The notes beneath the pieces are model-generated. The model was not told where the DNA came from. It saw only the letters and a list, made by a program, of their open reading frames with translations, and did no database searches. A stretch of 64,000 nt of DNA from a virus (lineage: Duplodnaviria > Caudoviricetes), in IMG/VR virus record IMGVR_UViG_2513237213_000006, positions 1 to 64,000 of that record; one strand, given 5' to 3'. Both the position numbers and the translations under genes were made by a program. The first letter of the stretch is position 1, and each line of letters opens with the position of its first letter. Shown here in pieces: positions 40,301 through 49,900 of the stretch.

Positions 40301-42600
40301 AAGCTGTAGCGTGGGGCAATGTTAGTGGTAAACCGAGCACTTATCCTGCAACGGCACATAACCATGATAGTTCTTATCCGTCTACCACAGGAACAAGAGC
40401 AACAGGCACTTGGGGAATTTCCATCAGTGGCAAGGCAGCTACGGCTGGCACGGCCGATGTGGCGAACAGTGTCTCTTGGGCTAATGTGTCAGGTAAGCCA
40501 TCCTCTATGGCCGCAAATGGAGGCACATCGTCTTATACCAACAACATCAATATAACCCGAGGAAACGAAATTGTTCTGAATAAAAACGGTCAGAATGACG
40601 GAGGAGACTACTGGTTTGGCTATAGAAACGATGGAGCAACAAAAGCAACAACAAGTTATATATTTGGCGACGGACTTGCAAAAGGCGGTTTAGCTAACCT
40701 CAAAGCAAAAACCTTTATTGGTAGTCTGCAGGGCAACGCGACCAGCGCCTCTAGTGTCGCATGGGGGAACGTAACGGGTAAGCCGTCCTCTTTCACGCCA
40801 GCTTCTCACAACCATGACGGCAGTTATCCCTCGAAAACAGGCTCGGGCGCATCGGGGACATGGGGTATCAATGTAACCGGTTCGGCTGGCTCTGTGGCTT
40901 GGGGTAACGTGAGCGGTAGACCGAGCAGCCTTCCTGCGAACGGCGGTACATCCGATGTGGCAAACAAAATCGCTGGCACTTACTCTGGTAGCGGTGGCTG
41001 TCAAGGGCCGGGGTATTATGGCCGGTATCGTGCAGGATTTCTTATGTCCAACCAGTCAATTAATGGTGATAGCAGCTATAAGAACTGGCTCTATATGGAC
41101 AACTACGGCAGTGATGATGCTGGTGGTACGTCTGCAATCGGCGTTTCTCGGGCAGCAGCAAGAGCCTTTATTATGTCTTCCGATAAGAACCGCACGTCAT
41201 GGAACTGGTCAGCAGAACTTCTGAGCACGGCAAACTATAATAGCTACGCTCCTACGAAAACAGGCTCGGGCGCATCGGGGACTTGGGGTATCAGTATCAG
41301 TGGCAAAGCCGCTACGGCTGGCACTGCTGATAAAGCTAATGCTGTCGCATGGGGAGCTGTGTCTGACAAACCAGCGACTGCCACAAGGTGGCCGAGCTGG
41401 GGAGAAGTAACAGGAAAGCCTTCTACTTATACCCCCTCTAGCCATACCCACGCATGGAGTCAAGTAACAGGCGCTCCTGCAACTGCCACAAGATGGCCTA
41501 GCTGGTCGGAGGTAACAGGAAAGCCATCTGTAATGACTACAGGTGGTGGCACTTTTACAGGAAATATTGTAGTTCCCACGGCAAGCTCCTCTTGGAGGGA
41601 CGGACGCACAAAAGCAGCTATTCGCACGACAAGCATAAATGGTTATACGCCTGTTCTTTCTGCGAAAACAACCAATGGCTCTTGGGACTACGGTGTGTAC
41701 GATGGGAATATTGCTCATTTCACATATTTCACTGACGATAACTATAACAAAAATAACAACACACAAACGGTCGATGTTCAACTGAAGCCAAACGGTGAGG
41801 TGCAAGCTCCTGCTTTTAGAGGTCGTTTGTATGGCACAGCGGATGCCGCTAACAGCGTCGCTTGGGCTAACGTATCGGGAAAACCCAGCACCTTTACTCC
41901 AGCTAGCCACACCCACGCATGGTCGCAAGTCACAGGCGCTCCTGCTACTGCTACGCGGTGGCCTTCATGGGGCGAGGTGACCGGAAAACCTAGCTCGTTT
42001 ACACCAGCGTCACATAATCAGGCATGGAGTACGATTACAGATAAACCAGCACAGGCTACAAGATGGCCGAGTTGGAGTGAAGTTACCGGCAAGCCTACGT
42101 CTCTCCCCGCTAATGGTGGCAACGCTGACAGTGTAGGCGGTGTAACACTTAATGACCTTTATCGCACACTTTCAGGAAGAAAAAGACCCCAGATGACTGA
42201 TATCTTAAAAACAATAGTGAAGTCTAGCTTCAGCGGCACAAATGTAACACCAGGAACGCAAACAGATGCGAAGCATGTACAAACTGACAGCGGGAGAAAT
42301 ATAGTTTATTATACAAACTGGAATCACATCCAGCTGACGCAGCCTTTCACGAATTTTGATAAGATATTGATTATAACAAGTAATGGTGGTGATTACGGTC
42401 AGCATGTATTGTGGGAAAGCTGGGAATTGGCACACGCAATCAGCTGGCATTATCGATTTGCGTTATTGAAAGACACGAACATATATTGGTGGTGCTGGGG
42501 GGCACAAGGAACAAACCACCCACATAGTGATACTACTAACTTCTATTGTCAAAACAGCAATATCAATATTTCGGGAATATTCGGCATAAACTATGCATAA
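37396..42600 (+). CDS. Large tail fibre (about 1735 aa) with ASETNAK and W..V.GKP repeats
   Basis: ORF track starts at 37516, but the frame is open from 37390 with an AAGGAG RBS at 37381; true start uncertain. Confidence 0.85.
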   Translation: MYNQGFQFLEQRDSDDTIQREGVVSKKSPFSTSDNKGIYDVIAENLRWLKDTLDSVSNSDELSAIRDDIQNMYNDMRTNEKFGSIEATEQAKIATEQASVATEKAVEAAQALSDMKAETSSVADNMRVIKNNIADIKKYLEEIAALQKDVADNAQVATNHAGVAKTKAAEAAVSETNAKNSADNASLSEANAKTSENKALASEKAAKTSETNAKASETASKASETNAKNSETASKASETASSSSASAAKTSETNAKASETASKASETAAKASEANAKASEQAASASESKSKTSEANARNAEAGAKTSETNAKNSETASKASEKAAKTSEENAQKWSEGTPDSTIDSDGNVINHYSSKHHAEQSTLSASEAKASATNAKTAEANAKSHEQKSLEYRDSAGMQAKNAKDSAKNAKDSETNAKEYESKSKEHRDDAMNWAEGSIPDSVDENGNPVKHCSAKHYAESANDCSDKAKASETQAKASETKAAASESSAKKSETNSKTSETNAKNSEAKARSWAESSDVVETETVSGETINHYSSKHYALEAEKSYNSASASETAAQSSMNKSKEYMEKAAKSETNAKASENLVKGYSDSATASANTASEQASAAKTSETNAANSASLAKKWAMSDTSPDGGFDAVGTGGKTQSAKTWATQAKEQAVSATNKAAEASEYTKTVKDVLKQAQSIQATIASSKSAMESLAEQTKNALSESKSIRDSLSDVVKYKGSVENYSDLPKENNKIGDMYNVKNADKANGCNAGDNVVWNGTGWDNLGGFIDVDDILNGGKNAKLGEVIATSFTGKLIGNADTATTADSAKSVAWANVSGKPTSMPANGGTADRALKADVCTGNAASASSVAWANVSGKPTSFTPASHNHDSSYPSTTGTRASGTWEISITGKAATAGTADTATALKMNEGTNDKYRPVWFEDGVTKYRTNYNDKFQYNPATDSLKVGSITGKAATAGTADSAKAVAWGNVSGKPSTYPATAHNHDSSYPSTTGTRATGTWGISISGKAATAGTADVANSVSWANVSGKPSSMAANGGTSSYTNNINITRGNEIVLNKNGQNDGGDYWFGYRNDGATKATTSYIFGDGLAKGGLANLKAKTFIGSLQGNATSASSVAWGNVTGKPSSFTPASHNHDGSYPSKTGSGASGTWGINVTGSAGSVAWGNVSGRPSSLPANGGTSDVANKIAGTYSGSGGCQGPGYYGRYRAGFLMSNQSINGDSSYKNWLYMDNYGSDDAGGTSAIGVSRAAARAFIMSSDKNRTSWNWSAELLSTANYNSYAPTKTGSGASGTWGISISGKAATAGTADKANAVAWGAVSDKPATATRWPSWGEVTGKPSTYTPSSHTHAWSQVTGAPATATRWPSWSEVTGKPSVMTTGGGTFTGNIVVPTASSSWRDGRTKAAIRTTSINGYTPVLSAKTTNGSWDYGVYDGNIAHFTYFTDDNYNKNNNTQTVDVQLKPNGEVQAPAFRGRLYGTADAANSVAWANVSGKPSTFTPASHTHAWSQVTGAPATATRWPSWGEVTGKPSSFTPASHNQAWSTITDKPAQATRWPSWSEVTGKPTSLPANGGNADSVGGVTLNDLYRTLSGRKRPQMTDILKTIVKSSFSGTNVTPGTQTDAKHVQTDSGRNIVYYTNWNHIQLTQPFTNFDKILIITSNGGDYGQHVLWESWELAHAISWHYRFALLKDTNIYWWCWGAQGTNHPHSDTTNFYCQNSNINISGIFGINYA

Positions 42601-42649
42601 ATCAATTCGTATGCAGACTAAATCTATGTGAAGAAAAGGTGGTGGTATT

Positions 42650-42904
42650 TTGAATGGCGAAACCTTAGAATTTGCTCTTGCCAAAATTGACAAGCAGTTG
42701 ACCAGCATATCGGAGGAATTAAAAGACCTTAAAAATAATTTGCCAAACCTGTATATATCAAAAGAGGTATACCGCAGTGAGTTGTCCGATTTGGAGCGGC
42801 GTGTGGCTGTCCTAGAAGCCAATTCGTCGAAAGTGACCTGGGCAGTCCTCGGCGCAGCAGGTAGCGTTTTGTTCACAGTCGTAAAAGCGTTTTTAGGTAT
42901 ATGA
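42650..42904 (+). CDS. XhlA/holin-like coiled-coil protein with C-terminal TM
   Basis: Coiled coil then VTWAVLGAAGSVLFTVVKAFLGI; start of lysis cassette. Confidence 0.7.
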   Translation: MNGETLEFALAKIDKQLTSISEELKDLKNNLPNLYISKEVYRSELSDLERRVAVLEANSSKVTWAVLGAAGSVLFTVVKAFLGI

Positions 42905-43049
42905 GCAGGAGAAATCACGACGATATAGAATTATATCAATACGGGTAATTCTGCCCGAATATTTCTAAATAAATTATCTCGCATTAGGCTGGTTTGAGAG
43001 CATCCCCCATGGACTCTTGGACTGGCCTTTTTGCGTTGGGGGTGAAAAT

Positions 43050-43286
43050 TTGAGAGAAGTAATAGAAGGTCTGAAAGGGTTATGGCAGAGGCTTAAAAAG
43101 GAGCCGCTTATCGTAAGAATCAAAGTGCTAGTCTGTTTTATCCCTGCTCTGATTCTTTTTGCAATCACCTGCATGGGCGAGTTTGCTGAAAGTGCTGGCA
43201 TGAAAATGGTTGGCTGGGCATGGCGTGACCCTCGGTTCGGTAAAAACCTTGCGGGGGAGAAACCGTATTGTCCGAAGGAGGTATGA
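43050..43286 (+). CDS. Single-TM membrane protein (lysis cassette)
   Basis: TTG start with GGGGGTG RBS; TM VLVCFIPALILFAITC. Confidence 0.55.
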   Translation: MREVIEGLKGLWQRLKKEPLIVRIKVLVCFIPALILFAITCMGEFAESAGMKMVGWAWRDPRFGKNLAGEKPYCPKEV

Positions 43287-43287
43287 G

Positions 43288-43506
43288 TTGAAAGTATTAG
43301 AGAAAATTGTAGATTGGTCTTTGGACAAGGTTTTAGGGGTTGGCTTAGTGCTGACCCTTTTAATTTCCCTGTTTTTAGGCTATGACACAACGATACAAAC
43401 AAACATCATAAGCGGTTTGATTGGCTATATGTCAAAAACTGTAGTACAAGAAAGGAAAGTTGAAAATGAAAAAAGTAAAAAATCTCATCGAGAAAGTAGC
43501 AGGTAA
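43288..43506 (+). CDS. Holin-like protein, 2 TM
   Basis: TTG start after AAGGAGG; two hydrophobic segments and a basic C-terminus. Confidence 0.65.
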   Translation: MKVLEKIVDWSLDKVLGVGLVLTLLISLFLGYDTTIQTNIISGLIGYMSKTVVQERKVENEKSKKSHRESSR

Positions 43507-43747
43507 AGCCGAAAGCGGCTGTAAGAAAGTCGCTAAGTTTGGCTATGGACTTGTAGGTGCGATCGTGGGTGCTATCGTACTAACGGCAGTGGTTATGCTT
43601 ATCCTAGCTGGTGCGCTGGCTGTTGCTTGCGGTCTACTGACAATCGTTGCGTGTGCGGCAGTATTTTTGGCTCATATCCTCGGTTTATCCACTGGCTGGG
43701 CTATCGCGTTTTTCTTAGCTATGATTTGGCTCTTTTGGCGTAAATAA
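43466..43747 (+). CDS. Hydrophobic membrane protein (holin-like)
   Basis: Basic N-terminus then about 60 hydrophobic residues. Confidence 0.65.
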   Translation: MKKVKNLIEKVAGKAESGCKKVAKFGYGLVGAIVGAIVLTAVVMLILAGALAVACGLLTIVACAAVFLAHILGLSTGWAIAFFLAMIWLFWRK

Positions 43748-43941
43748 TGGAGCTGTATATCAAAGACGTAGCCGGGAAAGAGGTAACTGTGGGGACGAGA
43801 GTTGCTTTTATCGTTCCTCAGTTCCGTTTCCTGAAAGTAGGTATTGTTGATGCAGTAACCCCGCGGGGGGTAAAGATTCTCTACGATGGGCACTGGGTAA
43901 CACATCGGAAAAGGAATCAGATTTCAAGGATTGAGGTGTAA
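43747..43941 (+). CDS. Small SH3-fold-like hypothetical protein
   Basis: D..GKEV.VG.RVAF pattern. Confidence 0.6.
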   Translation: MELYIKDVAGKEVTVGTRVAFIVPQFRFLKVGIVDAVTPRGVKILYDGHWVTHRKRNQISRIEV

Positions 43942-43943
43942 AA

Positions 43944-44141
43944 ATGCAAGGTATTGTGGAATGTCCTGATTGTCATGTACGGCATGTTCGCCTGATTAAA
44001 AAGGACATCAGTAAAAGCGTGATTGATATTCACTGCGGTGGATGCGATAAAGTTCTCGGCAGTATCCATGACTACATGGTGGATGAGCCGTCTGTAAAGC
44101 AGGTTGCGACTTTGGACGAACTGGAGGCAGATAATGCGTAA
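43944..44141 (+). CDS. Zn-ribbon protein
   Basis: CPDC...CGGC. Confidence 0.65.
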   Translation: MQGIVECPDCHVRHVRLIKKDISKSVIDIHCGGCDKVLGSIHDYMVDEPSVKQVATLDELEADNA

Positions 44142-44727
44142 GGTCACATTGGACGAATTAAGACAGATTGCCGAAGAACAGCGTGAGGCTGTTTGGGCAG
44201 AGGCGCGTTCCGTAGGGCGTGAACCGAAGGTGTATCTTCATTGGACGGCAGGTCACTACTTCCAAAAATTTGATGATTACCATATCAACATCACTGCCAA
44301 CGGCGACATATGGCTGGCTACGGATGACTTGTCCGAAGTGTTAGCGCATACATGGCGCAGAAACACTGGCTCTATCGGCGTAACGCTCTGTTGTTGTGCA
44401 GGTGCTACGAGTGCCGACTTGGGCGATGAACCTCCGACTCCCCAGCAAATCGAGTGCATGGCTCAGGTTATTGCTACACTCTGTAATGCTCTGTGGCTGA
44501 CTATCGACCGCGAAAGAGTTCTGACTCATGGCGAGGCCGCAGATAACGCAGACGGATGCTGGTGTCACGAGGAATATGGCTGCTTGTCTACTGTCGAGCG
44601 TTGGGATTTGCAGTATCTCGGAACAGAGGAAAGCCCTGTTTATCTCAAAACCTATGACGATGAGCGCACCGGGGGTAACATCCTGCGCGGAAAAGCGAAC
44701 TGGTACGCCTCCGAATGGGCTGACTAA
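44134..44727 (+). CDS. Endolysin, N-acetylmuramoyl-L-alanine amidase (Amidase_2-like)
   Basis: YLHWTAG, YHINI, AHTWRRNTGSIGV, VLTHGE Zn-amidase motifs. Confidence 0.9.
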   Translation: MRKVTLDELRQIAEEQREAVWAEARSVGREPKVYLHWTAGHYFQKFDDYHINITANGDIWLATDDLSEVLAHTWRRNTGSIGVTLCCCAGATSADLGDEPPTPQQIECMAQVIATLCNALWLTIDRERVLTHGEAADNADGCWCHEEYGCLSTVERWDLQYLGTEESPVYLKTYDDERTGGNILRGKANWYASEWAD

Positions 44728-44746
44728 AAGAAAGGAAGATTGACGA

Positions 44747-45319
44747 ATGAATAAAATCAAACAGCTTGTAAACTGGATCACCTTGAATAGCAAATATGCC
44801 CTGATGTTGCTGGTAGCTGGCGTGGCGTTCTACGCTGGCTTTTTTGTTTGTCAGCACTACAACAAGAACGTGGTGGAGGTGCCAGTGGAGATTGAAAAGA
44901 CCATTGAAAAAACTGTCCCCATTGAGGTTCCAGTGGAGGTCAAAGGAGATACTGTTATCCGATATGTGGAGAAACAGACTCCATCGGACGCTGATGTAGA
45001 GATTACGAATCCTGCCCCTGTGGTATCGGTGGCCTATAACGGTGAAAAGACCGAACTTGCTGGCAACGTATCGGAAAAGCAGAAATTTGAAAACGGCAAG
45101 CTGCAGGTCGAACAAAAGACCGAAACTGTTTTAGATGTGACACCTATCGTAGAGCGTGAGGTCAACACTGCAGTAAACAAAGCAGTACAGGAAAACACCG
45201 ACAAACTGAATACCGAACATCAAGCAGAATTGAAACAGGAAAAGCACAAACGGCATAAACGAGAGATTGAAACATACCTCGCCGGATTGGGGACGGCTGG
45301 CCTGTTGTTGTTGTTCTGA
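44747..45319 (+). CDS. Membrane-anchored coiled-coil protein (spanin-like candidate)
   Basis: N-terminal TM, coiled coil, hydrophobic C-terminus; directly after endolysin. Confidence 0.55.
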   Translation: MNKIKQLVNWITLNSKYALMLLVAGVAFYAGFFVCQHYNKNVVEVPVEIEKTIEKTVPIEVPVEVKGDTVIRYVEKQTPSDADVEITNPAPVVSVAYNGEKTELAGNVSEKQKFENGKLQVEQKTETVLDVTPIVEREVNTAVNKAVQENTDKLNTEHQAELKQEKHKRHKREIETYLAGLGTAGLLLLF

Positions 45320-45489
45320 TGAGTAAGAAAGACATTTGGGTGCGGGCGCAGCCTTCGGCTGTGTCTGTGCCTATTTTGTTGAACGATACTCCAGCAGAGG
45401 GTGATCCGCCGTGTTCGGAATGTCCCGATGCGGAAATGTGCGAGAGATACCTTGAACAGTTCGGTTGTGGCTTGTGTGGTGGTAACTGA
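45319..45489 (+). CDS. Possible Cys-rich small protein
   Basis: Hand-translated CSEC..C..CGLC; overlaps a terminator, start uncertain. Confidence 0.35.
   Translation: MSKKDIWVRAQPSAVSVPILLNDTPAEGDPPCSECPDAEMCERYLEQFGCGLCGGN
45338..45380 (+). terminator. Terminator after the lysis cassette
   Basis: 15-bp GU-rich stem around CTTCG, then ATTTTGTT. Confidence 0.65.
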
Positions 45490-45686
45490 TGTTTAAGTGC
45501 TCTCTAAAAAAACTCTGCCGTAAATGTCGCGAGGTTGCCTGTGACAAGTGGTGTTTGTGCTTGGCCTGTGTCTATTGGATTGACGGAAAATGTACAGGCG
45601 AACCATTCAAACGCTGGAAAGGTTGGAAATCCTGCAGACAAGGCAGACGTTGGCGAGATATGTATGAAATGTTGCACGACTTATAA
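45489..45686 (+). CDS. Cys-rich hypothetical protein
   Basis: 9 Cys in 65 aa. Confidence 0.55.
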   Translation: MFKCSLKKLCRKCREVACDKWCLCLACVYWIDGKCTGEPFKRWKGWKSCRQGRRWRDMYEMLHDL

Positions 45687-45715
45687 TCAGATTTTATAAC
45701 AGGAGTTGATTGAAA

Positions 45716-45892
45716 ATGCGTAAAGACGGCGTAATTTGGTACGACAACGAGCGACGTAAATTCCGCGTTGCTATTGGTATCGGACAGAAACACCATATCG
45801 GACGATATAACACCATGAAAGAGGCCAAGGCTGCGCTCCATGCGGCTATCCGTGGTTATCGGTACGGCTGGAATATGGGTGTAGTTTGCTGA
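45716..45892 (+). CDS. Stand-alone AP2-like DNA-binding domain protein
   Basis: GVIWY...RKFRVAI....HHIGRYNT.KEAKAA matches the AP2 pattern. Confidence 0.65.
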   Translation: MRKDGVIWYDNERRKFRVAIGIGQKHHIGRYNTMKEAKAALHAAIRGYRYGWNMGVVC

Positions 45893-46572
45893 TAAACAAG
45901 ATTGTGAAGGGCGATTGCGTAAAGGGCATGAGGGAAACCATCAAAGATGCGTCTATTGACCTTATCGTGACCGATCCTCCGTATCTTGTTAGCTATAAAA
46001 CGAACTACCGCAAGAACAAAGAGCATAAATTTTGCAGTGAAATAAAAAACGACAACAACCCCGATTTGATAAACGATTATATCAAGGAGTGTTATCGTAT
46101 CTTAAAGCCTAATTCGGCTATGTATATGTTCTGTTCCTGTGTCCACATCGACAAATTCATGCAGATGGCTCGGGATGCAGGTTTCAATATCAAAAATAAT
46201 ATCGTATGGGTAAAAAACAACTGGACGGCGGGGGATTTACAGGCAGCTTTCGGCAGACAACACGAGTATATCCTGCTCCTGAACAAAGGCCGTAAAAAAT
46301 TCCACGGCAAACGCCTGACCGATGTATGGTACTTTGACAGGGTAGCTGGCTCTGAACAAGTCCACCAAAACCAAAAGCCCATAGAACTGATAAAACGGTG
46401 CATTGAGTATCACAGTGAACCAGGGCAGGTTATCTTTGACGGCTTCATGGGTTCAGGGACTACTGCAGTAGCGGCTCTTGAAACACACCGCAATTTCGTG
46501 GGCTTTGAGCTGGATGACGAATACCACAAGGTGGCCACTGCTCGTATTGATGAATGTAAGAAAATGAGTTAG
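45886..46572 (+). CDS. N4/N6 DNA methyltransferase (orphan, beta class)
   Basis: DLIVTDPPY; HQNQKP; DGFMGSGTT. Confidence 0.93.
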   Translation: MLINKIVKGDCVKGMRETIKDASIDLIVTDPPYLVSYKTNYRKNKEHKFCSEIKNDNNPDLINDYIKECYRILKPNSAMYMFCSCVHIDKFMQMARDAGFNIKNNIVWVKNNWTAGDLQAAFGRQHEYILLLNKGRKKFHGKRLTDVWYFDRVAGSEQVHQNQKPIELIKRCIEYHSEPGQVIFDGFMGSGTTAVAALETHRNFVGFELDDEYHKVATARIDECKKMS

Positions 46573-46626
46573 AATATATATCGTGGTTGGTGTCGTTAGT
46601 GCTTTCCCTTCGGGGAGGTGAGGCGC

Positions 46627-46707
46627 ATGACGCTATATGAGATGTTATCCCTATTACTGGGTACTCTGACGCTGATTGTGGCAATCCTTGGACTGCTGAA
46701 AAAATAA
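46627..46707 (+). CDS. Type I toxin, holin-like toxin family (26 aa MTLYEMLSLLLGTLTLIVAILGLLKK)
   Basis: Hand-translated; GGGGAGGTG RBS partly inside a CCCTTCGGGG hairpin; sequence fits the holin-like toxin pattern. Confidence 0.8.
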   Translation: MTLYEMLSLLLGTLTLIVAILGLLKK

Positions 46708-46714
46708 ACGCATG

Positions 46715-46810
46715 AAAAAAGCCGCCTAGCCTTCTGCTCGACAGCCCTTTTCTAACACTAATTTCGTTTTGGGAAGGTGCCAGCGGGTCGAAACGCCAGC
46801 CACTTCTTTT
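46715..46810 (-). ncRNA. Predicted antisense antitoxin RNA
   Basis: Minus-strand promoter TTGAAA-17-TATAAT (46845-46817); terminator hairpin plus U6 at 46745-46715. Confidence 0.7.
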
Positions 46811-46856
46811 GTCAATATTATAACTCTTTCGTATAGATTTTTCAAGGTAAACCATC

Positions 46857-46886
46857 AGACCGCTCCGCAAGGGGTGGTCTTTTTTT
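46857..46886 (+). terminator. Terminator of toxin mRNA, immediately upstream of dnaE
   Basis: AGACCGCTCC-GCAA-GGGGTGGTCT plus T6. Confidence 0.8.
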
Positions 46887-46909
46887 GTATGCAGGAAAGG
46901 ATGATTATT

Positions 46910-49900
46910 TTGTTTATCGGCTTACACAGACACAGCCATTATAGCAAGCGTGATGCCATCGCCAAGATTCCCGATATGGTAGAGCGCATCGGCGAATTAG
47001 GCCAATCAGCATGGGCACTCACAGACCACGGCACAACCTCGGGACTGATGGAGGCTTATAAAGTCACACAGAAATACAACAAACAGCACAACACCAATAT
47101 CAAGTTTATTTTCGGGTGTGAAATGTACTGGACACCAAACGTGTTCATCAAAGACCGCAAAGCCACCTGCCACCTGCTGGTACTGGCAAGAAACGAGGTC
47201 GGCTACAAAAACCTGCTGCGGCTTACGACTATCGGTTACGGTGACAAAGGAAAGAGACCGGATCAATATTTTTACAATATGCGGGTAACGACCGAGGACA
47301 TGGTGGAATGTAAAGATGGCCTTATTTTCACTTCAGCGTGCATGGGAGGCGTCCTAAATCCAAAGGTATATGATGGTATAGACTGGGATAAAAACCTCGC
47401 CTACGAGCGTGCCACGAAGTTTAAGGGGCTATTCGGAGATAGTTTTTACCTTGAAATTCAATGCTCCGATACGCCAACCCAGCGGGAATACAACAGGAAC
47501 ATCATTCAGATGGGCAAAGACCTCGACATTCCTGTAATCGTGACAGAGGACAGTCATTATGTAAACCAGCACGAGGCTGACATCCACCGCAAATGGCTGG
47601 GAGTAGAAATCGAACCCGACAACCCTGACGCATACTATCAGACCGATGATTATTTTATTCACTCCGAAGAACAGGTAAGAGAGGCTATTGGTTATCTTCC
47701 GGCTGATACTGTCGATATGCTGATAGACAACACGCTCAAACTGGCTGACTCCATCGAAACTGTCCACCTGAAATTCGGCGGCAAGAACTTCCCCGAACTG
47801 GATTTAGGCGGTAAGACTCCGCTGGAGGCCGTAAAGGAAAAGTGCAGGGCTGGCTGGAAAAAGAAAATGCAGAGCGTTCCCCGGTCGGAATGGCCTGTAT
47901 ATGTCGAACAGTTAGAGCATGAGTTCAAGGTACTGGAGAAGTGCGATTACTTGACATACTTTCTGATGACTGAGGACTTTATCAGCTGGGCGCGGTCGCA
48001 AAACATTCGTATGGGTATTGGGCGCGGTTCTGTTGGTGGCTGTCTAGTGGCGTATCTTATGGATATTACACGGATTGACCCCATCAAATATGGCCTGATT
48101 TTCGAGCGTTTCGCACATGACAAGAGAGTGTCCCTCCCTGATGTCGATATTGATATGCCAAACTCACGGCGGCAGGACTGTATTCAGTATCTTGTCGATA
48201 AGTATAAAGAGGTGTTCCACGTTCGCACCTTCGGTAAAATGGCCGAGAAAGCGTCTATCCAACGTGCAGCACGGTCGCTGAACTACACTCCCGAGGAAGT
48301 CAGGGCACTATCCAAAGCGGTTTCATCCATCGATGAGGTTTCAGATCCCGAGTTACGCCAGCTGGCAAAGTCGTATCAGGGCATTATCCAAAACTACGGC
48401 TGTCACGCATCGGCGGTAATGCTGTTCCCCAGTGACGCTAATCAGTGGACGGCGATTGAGAAGCAGGGTGATGACTATGTATGTGCGTATGAATACCACG
48501 ACCTCGAAGCTATGGGGCTTTTAAAAGAAGATTGCCTCGGGATTAAGACGCTGGATTGCATTGATGAGTGTGTACGGCTGGTAAAAGAACACCACGGTGT
48601 TGATGTTGATGTGGATGCGCTCCCCGACGATGACGAAAAGACCTTCAAAATGCTCCAAAAGCTGGATGTAAAAGGGTGTTTTCAGATTGAGTCCGGCGGC
48701 ATGATTAAACTGATTGACCAAATGAAACCGACCTCGGTCTTTGATTTAGTCCCCCTGGTCGCACTGTACAGACCTTCGACAATCCAATCAGGTATGCTTG
48801 ATAGCTTTGTGAACCGCAGGGCAGGGACAGAGAAAACAATCTATCTCCATGACAAACTGAAAGGGTGCTTATCGGAAACCTACGGCGTTCTGTTATATCA
48901 GGAACAGGCGATGAAGATTGTTCAAGTAATGGCTGGGTATGACTTGGGCGTTGCGGATATGTTCAGACGTGCCATAGGGCGCAAGATACCGTCCGAAATG
49001 GCTGAGCTTATCCCTAAATTCGTAAAGGACGGCGAAGCCCTCGGGATAGATGCGCGAACCATGAATAAGCTGGCTGAGTGGCTGACGAACTGTGCGGCGT
49101 ATCAGTTCAACAAATCCCATAGTGCTGCCTACGGCGTGACCTGTTATCAAACAGCATATCTTAAAGCCCATTATCCGGCAGAGTATCTGACGGCGTTTCT
49201 GAACGCATACAAAGGGGACAAGCAAGAAGATCTGCTCCCATACGTTCGCGATGCGAAAGAACACGGCATAAAGATTCTGCCACCTTCGGCTGACAGTGAT
49301 ACCTGTGGTTGGACTTGTGGTGTAGACGCTGACGGCCAGCCTTGGATTCGTGTTGCCTTGAATTTCATATCGGGCGTAGGAGATTTGCCAGTACCACTCG
49401 ACAAAGACAGCTACCTAAAACTCCCTCGGGACAAAGTGGAGAACCTAACCAAAGCCGGAGCGTTGGATTTTGTGGGGGACAGAGCCAAACTGCTGGAGAA
49501 GCTGTATAAAGGCGGTCAGCTGGAACGATTGCAGAAACAACTCGACACTGCTGCAGAACGGCAAGAAAAGAATCGTATCCTGTATGAATCAGCAAAAGAG
49601 GGCACAAAGAAAAAAGAGGATGCCAAACGCAAAATGCTGAAATATTCCGAGCAGAAGTGGGACATCCAGCAACGTATAGACGAGGTCAATGCGCTGAACT
49701 GCAAGGACTTTGACCAGTCAAAAGCAGAAATGGAAGTGCTGGGCATGACTTTTGTCGATGTGTTCGCCGGATATGACCTGTCCAAATACTCCACACCTGA
49801 AGTAGACGAGAACGGAAAACCAGTAGAGAGCACCCCAAATCGGAGGATTGTGCTAGGCTGTGTCAGACGCTGGAAACCGTGGAAACAGAAGAACGGAAAA

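Noticed and set aside
37860-42130. Repeats in the tail fibre as a CRISPR array or DGR
   Set aside because: Repeats are in-frame coding units without unique spacers; no reverse transcriptase or adenine-variant template repeat was seen in the window
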